From the IMG/VR virus record IMGVR_UViG_3300020413_000003, positions 32,001 to 96,000 of that record: a stretch of 64,000 nucleotides of DNA; one strand, 5' to 3'. A model generated the notes under the pieces. The model was not told where the DNA came from. It was given only the letters and a program-made list of their open reading frames with translations, and did not search any database. The position numbers were made by a program, and so were the translations under genes. This DNA is from a virus. Lineage: Duplodnaviria; Caudoviricetes. Positions 9,488 to 17,705 of this stretch are shown here, piece by piece. Every line of letters begins with the position of its first letter. The stretch's first letter is position 1.

Positions 9488-9625
9488 AATAGGCATAAAT
9501 TCTTGTTACTTTTAACGTATATTATACTATCTAATTTCTAAATAATAGTGTAGAATCTAGGAGCAATAAGATGCACTAAACCTCATATATTATGAGAGTA
9601 TCTAAATTTTACTAGGAGTATTTGT

Positions 9626-9781
9626 ATGTCAAAACTTAACTTCAATCAGATGGCACAATGGAAAAATGGTATGAATTATAGTTCACAAGAGAATAAAATA
9701 GACGAATACTTTGAGTGCTTAATCGAATGCGAAGACAATGATAGAGTATGTAAAACAGTTTGCACACCTCTATTAGAATAG
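9626..9781 (+). CDS. Small four-Cys protein (51 aa)
   Basis: AGGAG RBS; ...NQMAQW...DEYFECLIECEDNDRVCKTVC...; followed by a terminator. Confidence 0.7.
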   Translation: MSKLNFNQMAQWKNGMNYSSQENKIDEYFECLIECEDNDRVCKTVCTPLLE

Positions 9782-9800
9782 ACTACATTACGAATCCTAC

Positions 9801-9827
9801 AAAGACGGTTGCAAGACCGTCTTTTTT
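9801..9827 (+). terminator. Rho-independent terminator overlapping a promoter
   Basis: AAAGACGGT-TGCAAG-ACCGTCTTT then T run; TTGCAA-17-TATAAT (9809-9837) embedded. Confidence 0.85.
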
Positions 9828-9930
9828 ATTGTATAATATTAAATGATATTGTATTTACTATTATGTGGTATGTTATAGGATGGACTATAGTTACACTATG
9901 GTTATTATCTAAGTTAGGTGTATTTAAAAA

Positions 9931-10887
9931 ATGAAAGATACCATATTATATGGAGATTGTAGAGACACACTTGACGCATTCATACCTAAGAGTGCGAGAA
10001 TGTGTGTTACTAGTCCACCTTACTATGGTTTAAGGAACTATGGTAATGAAGATAATCAAATAGGACAGGAACAAACACCCGAAGAATATATTGATGAAAT
10101 GGTAAATGTATTCAGAAAGGTAAGAGAAGTATTAACTGATGATGGAACACTATGGTTAAACATAGGAGATAGTTATTATAATTATAGACCAGGAAAAGGT
10201 CAGTCATATCCTAAACAGTCAGTAAGTAAGACGAAGCAAGATCTACCAGATAAATGTAATAAACGTGGTAACAAATTAAAAGGATTAAAAGAGAAAGATT
10301 TAATTGGCATCCCTTGGATGTTAGCATTCGCATTAAGAGCAGACGGATGGTATCTAAGGCAAGATATTATATGGCATAAACCTAATCCAATGCCAGAAAG
10401 TGTAAGAGATAGATGTACTAAATCACATGAATATCTATTTTTATTATCAAAGAACAAAAAGTATTATTATGACAATGAAGCAATCAAAGAACCAGTCAAG
10501 CAAGATTGGGGGACAAGAGACCGCACAAAAGGTAAGTATCATAATACTGGTAGTGGGTTGGCTCCTCATAGTGGGTTATCCAAGTCTTATGACAGGAAGA
10601 ATAAACGATCTGTTTGGTCAATAACAAATAAACCATATAAAGGTAGTCACTTCGCAGTATTTCCACCTGACTTAATTGAACCTTGCATCAAAGCAGGGAG
10701 TGAAGAGGGAGATATAATACTAGACCCATTCATGGGGTCAGGCACAACAGCAATGGTAAGCAAGGAACTAAACAGACATTATCTAGGATGTGAGTTGCAT
10801 GAAGAGTATAGTGAACTAATACAACAGAGAGTGCCAGATGAGAGAGTGGTACAAAATGGATTGACTGACCTATTGAGTGGAGTATAA
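9931..10887 (+). CDS. Beta-class N4-cytosine/N6-adenine DNA methyltransferase
   Basis: VTSPPYY, IIWHKPNPMPES, HFAVFP, LDPFMGSGTT. Confidence 0.93.
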   Translation: MKDTILYGDCRDTLDAFIPKSARMCVTSPPYYGLRNYGNEDNQIGQEQTPEEYIDEMVNVFRKVREVLTDDGTLWLNIGDSYYNYRPGKGQSYPKQSVSKTKQDLPDKCNKRGNKLKGLKEKDLIGIPWMLAFALRADGWYLRQDIIWHKPNPMPESVRDRCTKSHEYLFLLSKNKKYYYDNEAIKEPVKQDWGTRDRTKGKYHNTGSGLAPHSGLSKSYDRKNKRSVWSITNKPYKGSHFAVFPPDLIEPCIKAGSEEGDIILDPFMGSGTTAMVSKELNRHYLGCELHEEYSELIQQRVPDERVVQNGLTDLLSGV

Positions 10888-10888
10888 T
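10830..10888 (+). promoter_or_regulatory. Early promoter with palindrome
   Basis: AGTGCCA-N10-TGGTACA, 29 bp to TATAAT; TTGACT-16-TATAAT. Confidence 0.7.
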
Positions 10889-10913
10889 TCAAGAGTCACT
10901 CACACAGACACAC

Positions 10914-11129
10914 TTGACTACTACACTAGCACCTAAACCAACTCGTAAGAGAAGGACACGCAAAGCACCAATAAATAAGACAGTAGCGAAAAAGCAAATG
11001 GAAGTGGTTATTACACCCGACCATATCACACTCAACAAACAAATCAAAAGACTAGACACATTCACACTAGTTTTACTTCCATTCTTATATCTTGAAGCAT
11101 TTGTGAAACTGATACTACGAGTCAAGTGA
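10914..11129 (+). CDS. Hypothetical protein (basic N-terminus, hydrophobic C-terminus)
   Basis: ORF after a promoter; TTG start. Confidence 0.6.
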   Translation: MTTTLAPKPTRKRRTRKAPINKTVAKKQMEVVITPDHITLNKQIKRLDTFTLVLLPFLYLEAFVKLILRVK

Positions 11130-11146
11130 CACTCACACAACTGAAC

Positions 11147-11172
11147 ACCCCTCTTAACAGAGGGGTTTTTTT
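11147..11172 (+). terminator. Rho-independent terminator overlapping a promoter
   Basis: ACCCCTCT-TAAC-AGAGGGGT then T6; TTAACA-17-TATACT with extended TG (11154-11182); palindrome at 11125-11148. Confidence 0.85.
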
Positions 11173-11203
11173 ATGCTATACTATAGGTATTGATAAGGTT
11201 ACT

Positions 11204-12451
11204 ATGTTTTTATTGAAGAAGCATCAAGATTATGCATACATGAAAATGCTAGAAAACAAGAAAGGACAAATTGTAGTGCCTACTGGTGGCGGTAAGACTT
11301 ATATTATGATCGCTGATGCTATTAGAAACAACTATCAGCAGATACAGAAATCAGATAATATCAATATTGTTGTAGCACCTCGTATATTATTAGCACAACA
11401 GTTATGCAATGATTTTACAGAGCATATACATGCATTTGATGATATTATTCATGTTCACTCAGGTGATACGGAGTATTACAGCACAACTTCCGCAGAAGAT
11501 ATAAAGTTATGGTATTTAACTTCAAATAATATATCAAATAGAATAATATTTACATCATATCATTCATTACATCGCATCGTTGAGAGTGGTATTCCTATCA
11601 ATACGGTATATTTTGATGAAGCACATAACTCATGCGGAAAGAAGTTTTTTGAAGCAGTAAAATCAGTATCTAACAGAGCAAATAGATGTTATTTCTTTAC
11701 AGCAACACCTAAGCAAGGAAGAGGTCAGACTATTGAGCGTGGTATGAATAATAGTGATGTTTATGGTAACGTTATTGCTAACGTTGATGCTAAGGAGTTG
11801 ATAGACAATGGTATTATACTACCACCTAAAGTAATACCATTTGATACTAACAGGAAGAGAAACAAAGTTAATGCTCATGAAGTAGATGCTAAGAACCTTA
11901 AGGACATTCTAGAGGATACAATAGAGGATGATTCAAAAGTACTTGTAGCAGCACCATCAACTAGAATACTATGGAATATGCTCACCAAAACTGATATACT
12001 TGACTGGTTTAAAAAGCAGGACTATGGAGTTATGCATATTACATCTAAGCATGGAGCATACGTTGATGGTAAGAAAGTCCGCAGGGATGTATTTTTTGAT
12101 ACTCTTACAGAGTGGGGTAAAAGTGCTAAGAAATTTGTTGTGTTTCATTATAGTATATTATCTGAAGGTATCAATGTAGCAGGATTAACTCATACAGTAT
12201 TGTTAAGGAATTTACCTGTTATCGAAATGGCACAAACAATAGGTAGAGTAATTAGAGTTCATCCTGATGATAGAAAGTCAGTTGAAGATGGTATTATACC
12301 AGTAGCACAATTCTCACTATATCGCAAGGGATATGGAAGAGTAACAGTTCCCTTGAGTGGTAAGTATGGTGAGAAGATCGCTAAAAGACTTGAGTCAGTA
12401 GTTAATCAAATCTTTATAGAGGGAATTCCACCAGTAGCGTGGACATCATAG
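11204..12451 (+). CDS. Superfamily 2 (DEAH, ResIII-like) helicase
   Basis: PTGGGKT, FDEAH, TATP, SEGINV, QTIGRVIR; start moved to ATG 11204 because 11126-11203 contains a terminator and promoter. Confidence 0.9.
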   Translation: MFLLKKHQDYAYMKMLENKKGQIVVPTGGGKTYIMIADAIRNNYQQIQKSDNINIVVAPRILLAQQLCNDFTEHIHAFDDIIHVHSGDTEYYSTTSAEDIKLWYLTSNNISNRIIFTSYHSLHRIVESGIPINTVYFDEAHNSCGKKFFEAVKSVSNRANRCYFFTATPKQGRGQTIERGMNNSDVYGNVIANVDAKELIDNGIILPPKVIPFDTNRKRNKVNAHEVDAKNLKDILEDTIEDDSKVLVAAPSTRILWNMLTKTDILDWFKKQDYGVMHITSKHGAYVDGKKVRRDVFFDTLTEWGKSAKKFVVFHYSILSEGINVAGLTHTVLLRNLPVIEMAQTIGRVIRVHPDDRKSVEDGIIPVAQFSLYRKGYGRVTVPLSGKYGEKIAKRLESVVNQIFIEGIPPVAWTS

Positions 12452-12511
12452 GACAGTTCAACAAAGTGGCACACAGTACTACCATTACGGTATCAAATAC
12501 AGTATTATAAT
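12449..12511 (+). promoter_or_regulatory. Early promoter with palindrome
   Basis: TAGGACA-N11-TGGCACA; TATTAT 29 bp and TATAAT 32 bp downstream. Confidence 0.7.
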
Positions 12512-12514
12512 AAT

Positions 12515-12766
12515 ATGAACAACAGGAGACACATGGTTCACTCAATGCATTTCGGAAGAGTATTCTGGTTAAACCTCGATAATGAACTAATGTCAGCACC
12601 TTGGTTAAAGGATGGCACAGTTTTAGATGGCACACATGGCACAGAAGACCAAACTGATTATGTGAGTGAGTGGACAGACCTTGAAGGTCTTAACATGAGT
12701 GCATTGTTATCCATTCATAAAGACTTAATACTTGAGTCAGTCAACTACTATGGAGACCCAAAATGA
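12515..12766 (+). CDS. Hypothetical early protein
   Basis: ORF after a promoter; likely start ATG 12533 after AGGAG. Confidence 0.7.
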   Translation: MNNRRHMVHSMHFGRVFWLNLDNELMSAPWLKDGTVLDGTHGTEDQTDYVSEWTDLEGLNMSALLSIHKDLILESVNYYGDPK

Positions 12767-12906
12767 ACCAGTTTGGTATCGTTGTAACATTTGATGAAAA
12801 ATATCAAATGGATAAACTCTATGACATATTGAGAGATATGGATTTTGAGTTAACATTTGAACAAGAGAATGTATTTGAGAAAATCTTATTAGGAACAGAC
12901 AAATGA
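12763..12906 (+). CDS. Hypothetical protein (47 aa)
   Basis: GGAG RBS, ATGA overlaps at both ends; translated by hand. Confidence 0.6.
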   Translation: MNQFGIVVTFDEKYQMDKLYDILRDMDFELTFEQENVFEKILLGTDK

Positions 12907-13112
12907 AAACAGCAGTATTTCAAGTAAGACTTGAAGCAACATCCGATGCAGAAATCAATGCATTTCATTTAGCAGAAGAGATACAGGCATATCTCAATGC
13001 TCATGTATGCATCGATGACCCCTGTAATGATACATTTGAAGATGTGAGAGTAACAGGTTATAAATTTGAATACGATACATTTACACCTACCCAATTTGAT
13101 TACGAGATTTAA
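12903..13112 (+). CDS. Hypothetical early protein
   Basis: ORF in a coupled chain. Confidence 0.7.
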   Translation: MKTAVFQVRLEATSDAEINAFHLAEEIQAYLNAHVCIDDPCNDTFEDVRVTGYKFEYDTFTPTQFDYEI

Positions 13113-13113
13113 A

Positions 13114-13347
13114 ATGGAAAAGCACATTAACCTATGGCAAGTAATACCAGAAGATGAGCATAACCATATTTCTAACAAGATATGGGAAGCACTTGACAGA
13201 GCAGGAATTGTATGCTCTCAAGATGCTGAACTATCCATCAAAATATATGATGAAGAGATAGTAATCAGAAAAAGTGACCCATTTGGACTTGAGTCTGTTA
13301 CTGATGATGATTATGACTCAGAAGGCGAATTAATATACAAGCCATAG
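13114..13347 (+). CDS. Hypothetical acidic early protein
   Basis: In-frame ATG at 13114 avoids overlap with the upstream ORF. Confidence 0.65.
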   Translation: MEKHINLWQVIPEDEHNHISNKIWEALDRAGIVCSQDAELSIKIYDEEIVIRKSDPFGLESVTDDDYDSEGELIYKP

Positions 13348-13403
13348 GACAGTACAATATGTGTCACACACTACCACGCATCGGTTATAAAATCCCTTAT
13401 AAT
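13345..13403 (+). promoter_or_regulatory. Early promoter with palindrome
   Basis: TAGGACA-N10-TGTCACA, 29 bp to TATAAT. Confidence 0.75.
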
Positions 13404-13425
13404 AAAGACATCAAGCAAACACAAC

Positions 13426-13677
13426 ATGCACAACTTCAAAGAATTTCTAGACTATTGCGAATCATTCTATTCACCTAGTCATCCTGATGTTTTATATCCT
13501 ATCGATGGATTAACTAGGGAAGAGTTAGCAATTGCAACTTTAAACTACTTAGACTTATGTGCGACTAGTGAGAACATTACATGGGGTGATGGTGATTCAC
13601 TAGACAGAGAAAGAGTTAGAGATTTTGTTATTCAAAGAAGAGCAACAAAACAAACAGCAACATCACTAGGATTTTAA
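13426..13677 (+). CDS. Hypothetical early protein
   Basis: First ORF after the promoter; ...WGDGDSLDRERVRD motif. Confidence 0.75.
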   Translation: MHNFKEFLDYCESFYSPSHPDVLYPIDGLTREELAIATLNYLDLCATSENITWGDGDSLDRERVRDFVIQRRATKQTATSLGF

Positions 13678-13681
13678 ATCA

Positions 13682-13939
13682 ATGGACAAAGCACTAATTA
13701 ACGAACTAAAATCATTCTTAGTTGAGAGATATGTTGACAATATGTCAACAAAAGATTTAGTTAACTATGTAACTGATGATCTTGATGACCTATACAAAAA
13801 TATGTCAGATGAAGAGTTTATTGATGAAGCAAAAAACTACTGGGATGACGGTTTTGGCGAAGTAATTGATGAGATTCAAGATTATATGAAAACACCTTTT
13901 AAACAACCATTAAGAGAATCATTCGAGGAGACCAACTAA
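13682..13939 (+). CDS. Hypothetical acidic early protein
   Basis: ORF, D/E rich. Confidence 0.75.
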   Translation: MDKALINELKSFLVERYVDNMSTKDLVNYVTDDLDDLYKNMSDEEFIDEAKNYWDDGFGEVIDEIQDYMKTPFKQPLRESFEETN

Positions 13940-14106
13940 TGAAAACAATTAAATTGACTAATGACCAGTTTAAGCAACTAAAAGAGTATGTTATTGATAG
14001 TTGCGAAGATATTATGGATAGGTCACTAGAATGGGATGATACTGAAACTATTGAAGATAACGAAATACTATTTGATTTCAGATCAATTTTGGAGTCAGTT
14101 TCATGA
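13939..14106 (+). CDS. Hypothetical protein (55 aa)
   Basis: GAGGAG RBS, TAATG coupling; translated by hand. Confidence 0.65.
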   Translation: MKTIKLTNDQFKQLKEYVIDSCEDIMDRSLEWDDTETIEDNEILFDFRSILESVS

Positions 14107-14276
14107 GTCAACATACAGTAAACTTATCAGATAAAGAAATTACTAGAGTATGTGATCTCTTAGACGAGCAACATGACCTAGACAACAAATTATCTAAAAG
14201 GTTAAACACTATATTGATTAAGCATTTAGCACTAATCGATAATAATAGATCAAAACAACCAAAGGAGGAGTGGTAG
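14103..14276 (+). CDS. Hypothetical protein (57 aa)
   Basis: GGAG RBS, ATGA overlap; translated by hand. Confidence 0.6.
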   Translation: MSQHTVNLSDKEITRVCDLLDEQHDLDNKLSKRLNTILIKHLALIDNNRSKQPKEEW

Positions 14277-14363
14277 TGTACCAGTTAAACAAAGTGGCAC
14301 AATGGGTGTTGTGTTTCGCAGTCGTCTCGACTATACTTAATTCATAAGCAACAAAGGAACTTT
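14277..14363 (+). promoter_or_regulatory. Repeated early promoter cassette
   Basis: TGTACCA-N11-TGGCACA, TTGTGT-17-TATACT, CATAAGCAACAAAGGAA leader. Confidence 0.8.
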
Positions 14364-14495
14364 ATGACCAACTCTCAAAGATACAAATCTTATCTAAGAT
14401 GGCAAGATATGATGGACAGAAGGGCATTAAGACTAACAGGAAAGTCAAAAGCACAATTACATGCTGACAAGTATTTCAACATAGAGGTTAACTAA
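14364..14495 (+). CDS. Hypothetical protein (43 aa)
   Basis: AAGGA RBS in the cassette; translated by hand. Confidence 0.6.
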   Translation: MTNSQRYKSYLRWQDMMDRRALRLTGKSKAQLHADKYFNIEVN

Positions 14496-14496
14496 A

Positions 14497-14709
14497 ATGA
14501 ACAAAGAGCAACTACAACAAGAAATCGGTTTATTCAAGTATTTCATCTTAAAAGGTGATTTCGATGAAAATGAATTAATCCCTGATACTAATACACCATT
14601 CCCACAGAATGATGAGCAAATAGTTAAACACCTCGTGGTAGATAAAGGTTTACCAATAATGAAAGCAATTTCACTTGTTAAAGAAGTTCAAATACTGGAG
14701 AACCTGTAA
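14497..14709 (+). CDS. Hypothetical early protein
   Basis: GAGG RBS, ORF. Confidence 0.7.
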   Translation: MNKEQLQQEIGLFKYFILKGDFDENELIPDTNTPFPQNDEQIVKHLVVDKGLPIMKAISLVKEVQILENL

Positions 14710-14713
14710 ATGT

Positions 14714-14807
14714 CAAGTGGTATTGTGCCACTAATAGTACTGTCACACAGTATCACTATTATCCCTTAAAACCGACTATACTTATTACATAAGCAACAAA
14801 GGAATCA
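14714..14807 (+). promoter_or_regulatory. Repeated early promoter cassette
   Basis: TGTGCCA-N10-TGTCACA, 29 bp to TATACT, CATAAGCAACAAAGGAA leader. Confidence 0.85.
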
Positions 14808-15278
14808 ATGACTAATCCAACTATCGAAGCACTAGTTCCAACATGGACAGAGCAGTATTGTGAAGCATTAACTCAGAACTATTTTGATTATCATGTAAAT
14901 ATGCTTACTGACAACTCTAGACGTTTTTCTACACCTAACGATAGTGTATTAGGTGAGAGACCTGACTTATCAGCATATGCGAAGGAGCAACTTGCAAACA
15001 TCGAAAACGGAACAGCGAAGTTAATGAAGTTTAGAGCGATCTCAGGCAAGAAGTATTACAAAGTAGTTCAGCAAGAATATGATGAGAATAGAGGTGAGTA
15101 TAGAGACCAGTCAGTAAATAGTTTTGTAGATAAGAAAACTGGTGAGATATACAAAGCAGCATCATGGAAAGCACCTGCAAAGGGAGTTAGATTTGATATG
15201 AGAATTATCAATGAGAGAAAAGCAATGCATAATCCAAATTGTGTTGACTGGGCAAGTGGTCATCTTTACATACGATAG
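14808..15278 (+). CDS. Conserved-type phage hypothetical protein
   Basis: KKYYKV...SVNSFVDKKTGEIYKAASWKAPAKGVRF motif, recalled from many phages. Confidence 0.8.
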   Translation: MTNPTIEALVPTWTEQYCEALTQNYFDYHVNMLTDNSRRFSTPNDSVLGERPDLSAYAKEQLANIENGTAKLMKFRAISGKKYYKVVQQEYDENRGEYRDQSVNSFVDKKTGEIYKAASWKAPAKGVRFDMRIINERKAMHNPNCVDWASGHLYIR

Positions 15279-15287
15279 GAGGAACAA

Positions 15288-15452
15288 ATGAAAAAAATGA
15301 TTAAAATCGAAACCAAACATCACATAGTCGAATTTGAGACTAAGAAGAGTTCCAGGAAATTCTTAAAGAAAATCTACAAAAAAGGGATAACTCTCGATTA
15401 TTATCTTTGGGAGTTCGATCTTAGCACAGAGTTAGAGGAAATAGCGGAGTAG
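15288..15452 (+). CDS. Hypothetical protein (54 aa)
   Basis: AGGAGG RBS; translated by hand. Confidence 0.65.
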   Translation: MKKMIKIETKHHIVEFETKKSSRKFLKKIYKKGITLDYYLWEFDLSTELEEIAE

Positions 15453-15535
15453 TGTGACAGTTATATTACTGGCACACAGTACCACTATTACCAGTTAAAA
15501 TCGACTATACTTATTATATAAGTTACAAATCAAAC
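15453..15535 (+). promoter_or_regulatory. Repeated early promoter cassette
   Basis: TGTGACA-N10-TGGCACA, 29 bp to TATACT. Confidence 0.85.
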
Positions 15536-15949
15536 ATGACTGTTAAATCACTAAATTTTCAAGCAGGTTCTTCAGCAAAAGTTGCATACAAGAAACTTGA
15601 TACTTATCAGAAATTAGTTGTAAATGCTATTACAACATATGGAGGAGGAAGTTGGAAAAATGGAGTTTCAGTTCATCATAAGCATGACCAGAGTCAGTTT
15701 TCAAATATTCTCATGAGTGGTCAGGTTGTGGCAAAAGTGGTTTACGATGTTGCACATGATGATATTTCTATGGATGATTATACAGACATTCATATTAATA
15801 AGTGTCTTTTAGCAAGTGTATCCTATATTGCATTTGGTAAGGATACTCACAAGTATAGAGACTCTCAGCAAGTTGCACGTTATAGAAATATGCTTCAAAG
15901 CATGGGATTCACAATAATCCAAATGGATAATAAGCAAATTAAATACTAA
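15536..15949 (+). CDS. Hypothetical early protein
   Basis: Single ORF between two cassette copies. Confidence 0.75.
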   Translation: MTVKSLNFQAGSSAKVAYKKLDTYQKLVVNAITTYGGGSWKNGVSVHHKHDQSQFSNILMSGQVVAKVVYDVAHDDISMDDYTDIHINKCLLASVSYIAFGKDTHKYRDSQQVARYRNMLQSMGFTIIQMDNKQIKY

Positions 15950-15953
15950 TTTG

Positions 15954-16047
15954 CAAGTGGTAGTGTGCCAGTACTATTAGTGGCACATTACTCTTTACAA
16001 GTATAGCAAAATGAACTATACTTATAATATAAGCAACAGAGAACTAA
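15954..16047 (+). promoter_or_regulatory. Repeated early promoter cassette
   Basis: Perfect TGTGCCA-N10-TGGCACA; TTTACA-17-TATACT; ATAAGCAACA leader. Confidence 0.85.
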
Positions 16048-16281
16048 ATGTTATCAACAGCAACTTACACCACAGCAGTTAACAGAATCAAGCAGAAAGT
16101 TCTATTTGATTTTAACCTAGATGCACTTTCATGCATATGTCATGACTGGGAAGATTTTACTATTGAAATCGCAGAGTGGGGAATCTACAACTTAGCAGGA
16201 GTTGACTTTGATACTCTAACTACTGAAGATCTTGCTAGACTAGATCAGTTTATTAAAAATCAAAACGGAGGAGAATATTAA
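16048..16281 (+). CDS. Hypothetical early protein
   Basis: ORF after the cassette. Confidence 0.7.
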   Translation: MLSTATYTTAVNRIKQKVLFDFNLDALSCICHDWEDFTIEIAEWGIYNLAGVDFDTLTTEDLARLDQFIKNQNGGEY

Positions 16282-16282
16282 A

Positions 16283-16465
16283 ATGAGTTGCATTCAAAAC
16301 GAGACCATTCTTGAAAATCTTTATGATGAGGTATGGGAGGACTATAGAAAAGAGAACAATTTGACACTAGATCAAATGTATTCTCTAGAGCAGGATGACA
16401 AAAGCGGTATTATGTCAATGCTAGGAGATCAAGCAACCGCACGTTTTGAGGACTTAATTCAATGA
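16283..16465 (+). CDS. Hypothetical acidic early protein
   Basis: GGAGGAG RBS. Confidence 0.7.
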   Translation: MSCIQNETILENLYDEVWEDYRKENNLTLDQMYSLEQDDKSGIMSMLGDQATARFEDLIQ

Positions 16466-16596
16466 ATCGAGACCTCTATGCAGAAATCGTAAAAGTTTAC
16501 GAATCTACTGACGAAATTGAATCCACAGTAGCATTTGAATTTGGACTTAAAAACGATCTTTACTATCAACTTTTTCATTCTTATAAGGAGGACTAA
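16462..16596 (+). CDS. Hypothetical protein (44 aa)
   Basis: GAGG RBS, ATGA overlap; translated by hand. Confidence 0.55.
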   Translation: MNRDLYAEIVKVYESTDEIESTVAFEFGLKNDLYYQLFHSYKED

Positions 16597-16599
16597 ACA

Positions 16600-16764
16600 A
16601 TGACCAGAGCAGAATATGTATTACTATACTCAGCATTTAAGAGTTATAGACCATTCATGAGTCAAGCAGAAGAGGTATTAAGCGAGAAAATTCTAGATGA
16701 TTTATTTTATCCCGAATTTGATAAACTTAAAAATGTATCTGAACCAGTATTGCCCGAAGTATGA
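16600..16764 (+). CDS. Hypothetical protein (54 aa)
   Basis: AGGAGG RBS; translated by hand. Confidence 0.6.
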   Translation: MTRAEYVLLYSAFKSYRPFMSQAEEVLSEKILDDLFYPEFDKLKNVSEPVLPEV

Positions 16765-16976
16765 AAAACTACGACAGTAAAAACTCAAAAGAACGAAACT
16801 ACAAGAGTTTTGAACAAATCGGTATAGGAGACACCGTACGATATTTCAAAGAATATGGTCAAATCATCCTACGTCTAGACGAAACTAGGCAAGTTTATCT
16901 AACAAACGATAAGCACATGTTTCTACCAATCAACTGGAAGAAAACTAAAGTAATTTCACTTATTAATGAGGACTAA
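16761..16976 (+). CDS. Hypothetical protein
   Basis: ATGA-coupled ORF. Confidence 0.65.
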   Translation: MKNYDSKNSKERNYKSFEQIGIGDTVRYFKEYGQIILRLDETRQVYLTNDKHMFLPINWKKTKVISLINED

Positions 16977-16979
16977 TCA

Positions 16980-17204
16980 ATGTGTCAACTTGAATTTATG
17001 ACTGAAGTCTTAAGCGATTATTGTGTAGTTGAAAATTTACCCTTTATGTCTGCATCTGATATTTTGGTTATGTATCGCAGTATTCTTACAGAATCTCAAA
17101 GGGAGTGGTTACGCAATTATATTGAGATCTGGGATATAATACAAGAGAATGAAAACCAATCAGAGCAGAATGTGGATGCTCGCCCGATTTTTTCCTCTAT
17201 ATAA
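16980..17204 (+). CDS. Hypothetical protein
   Basis: GAGG RBS. Confidence 0.65.
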   Translation: MCQLEFMTEVLSDYCVVENLPFMSASDILVMYRSILTESQREWLRNYIEIWDIIQENENQSEQNVDARPIFSSI

Positions 17205-17221
17205 AGTGCATAAACAAATAA

Positions 17222-17461
17222 ATGTCAACACACTTTCAACTAATACCTTGGACAGAAATGTGTCATGCAATTGACATGATAAGGTATGAAGAGGAAAATA
17301 AAGCAACTATGACATACGAACAGTTAAAGAAGTTCCTGGAAACCCTAACACCAGAGCAATTATCAAATGAAGTTGTCATTTATGATAAGGATGTTGAGGA
17401 CTATTGCAAAGCAGATGCAAATTTGATAATCAAAAATGACAAAATTTACATAGGCATTTAA
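17222..17461 (+). CDS. Hypothetical protein
   Basis: ORF; MTYEQLKKFLETLTPEQL motif suggests a later start is possible. Confidence 0.65.
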   Translation: MSTHFQLIPWTEMCHAIDMIRYEEENKATMTYEQLKKFLETLTPEQLSNEVVIYDKDVEDYCKADANLIIKNDKIYIGI

Positions 17462-17462
17462 C

Positions 17463-17705
17463 ATGAGTCTTGACTATTACAACTTTATGAAAGGAGAACT
17501 AATAGAAGTCAAAAACGATATAGGGAGGATAAATTTCATATCCGATGAATACATAACAGTAACAACAAAACATGAAAAGGATAATACCTATAAGAAGGGA
17601 TACAAACAAACTAACGTAGTAGTAAGTAAGAAATATTGGAATGAAATTAAATTCATTACAAGAGAGCAACTATACAAAGTAACCAATGAACAGAAAGAAC
17701 AATAA
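17463..17705 (+). CDS. Hypothetical protein
   Basis: ORF. Confidence 0.65.
   Translation: MSLDYYNFMKGELIEVKNDIGRINFISDEYITVTTKHEKDNTYKKGYKQTNVVVSKKYWNEIKFITREQLYKVTNEQKEQ

Noticed and set aside
11126-11203. N-terminal extension of the helicase given in the ORF track
   Set aside because: It spans a palindrome, a terminator and a promoter; ATG 11204 is the more plausible start.
12613-12643. Three TGGCACA half-sites in close succession
   Set aside because: Direct orientation inside a coding region (DGT-VL-DGT-HGT) with no phased -10 box; best explained as a peptide micro-repeat.
12467-15987. TGGCAC as a sigma54 -24 box
   Set aside because: No TTGC -12 element at the required spacing, sigma70 -10 boxes follow, and cyanobacteria lack sigma54.
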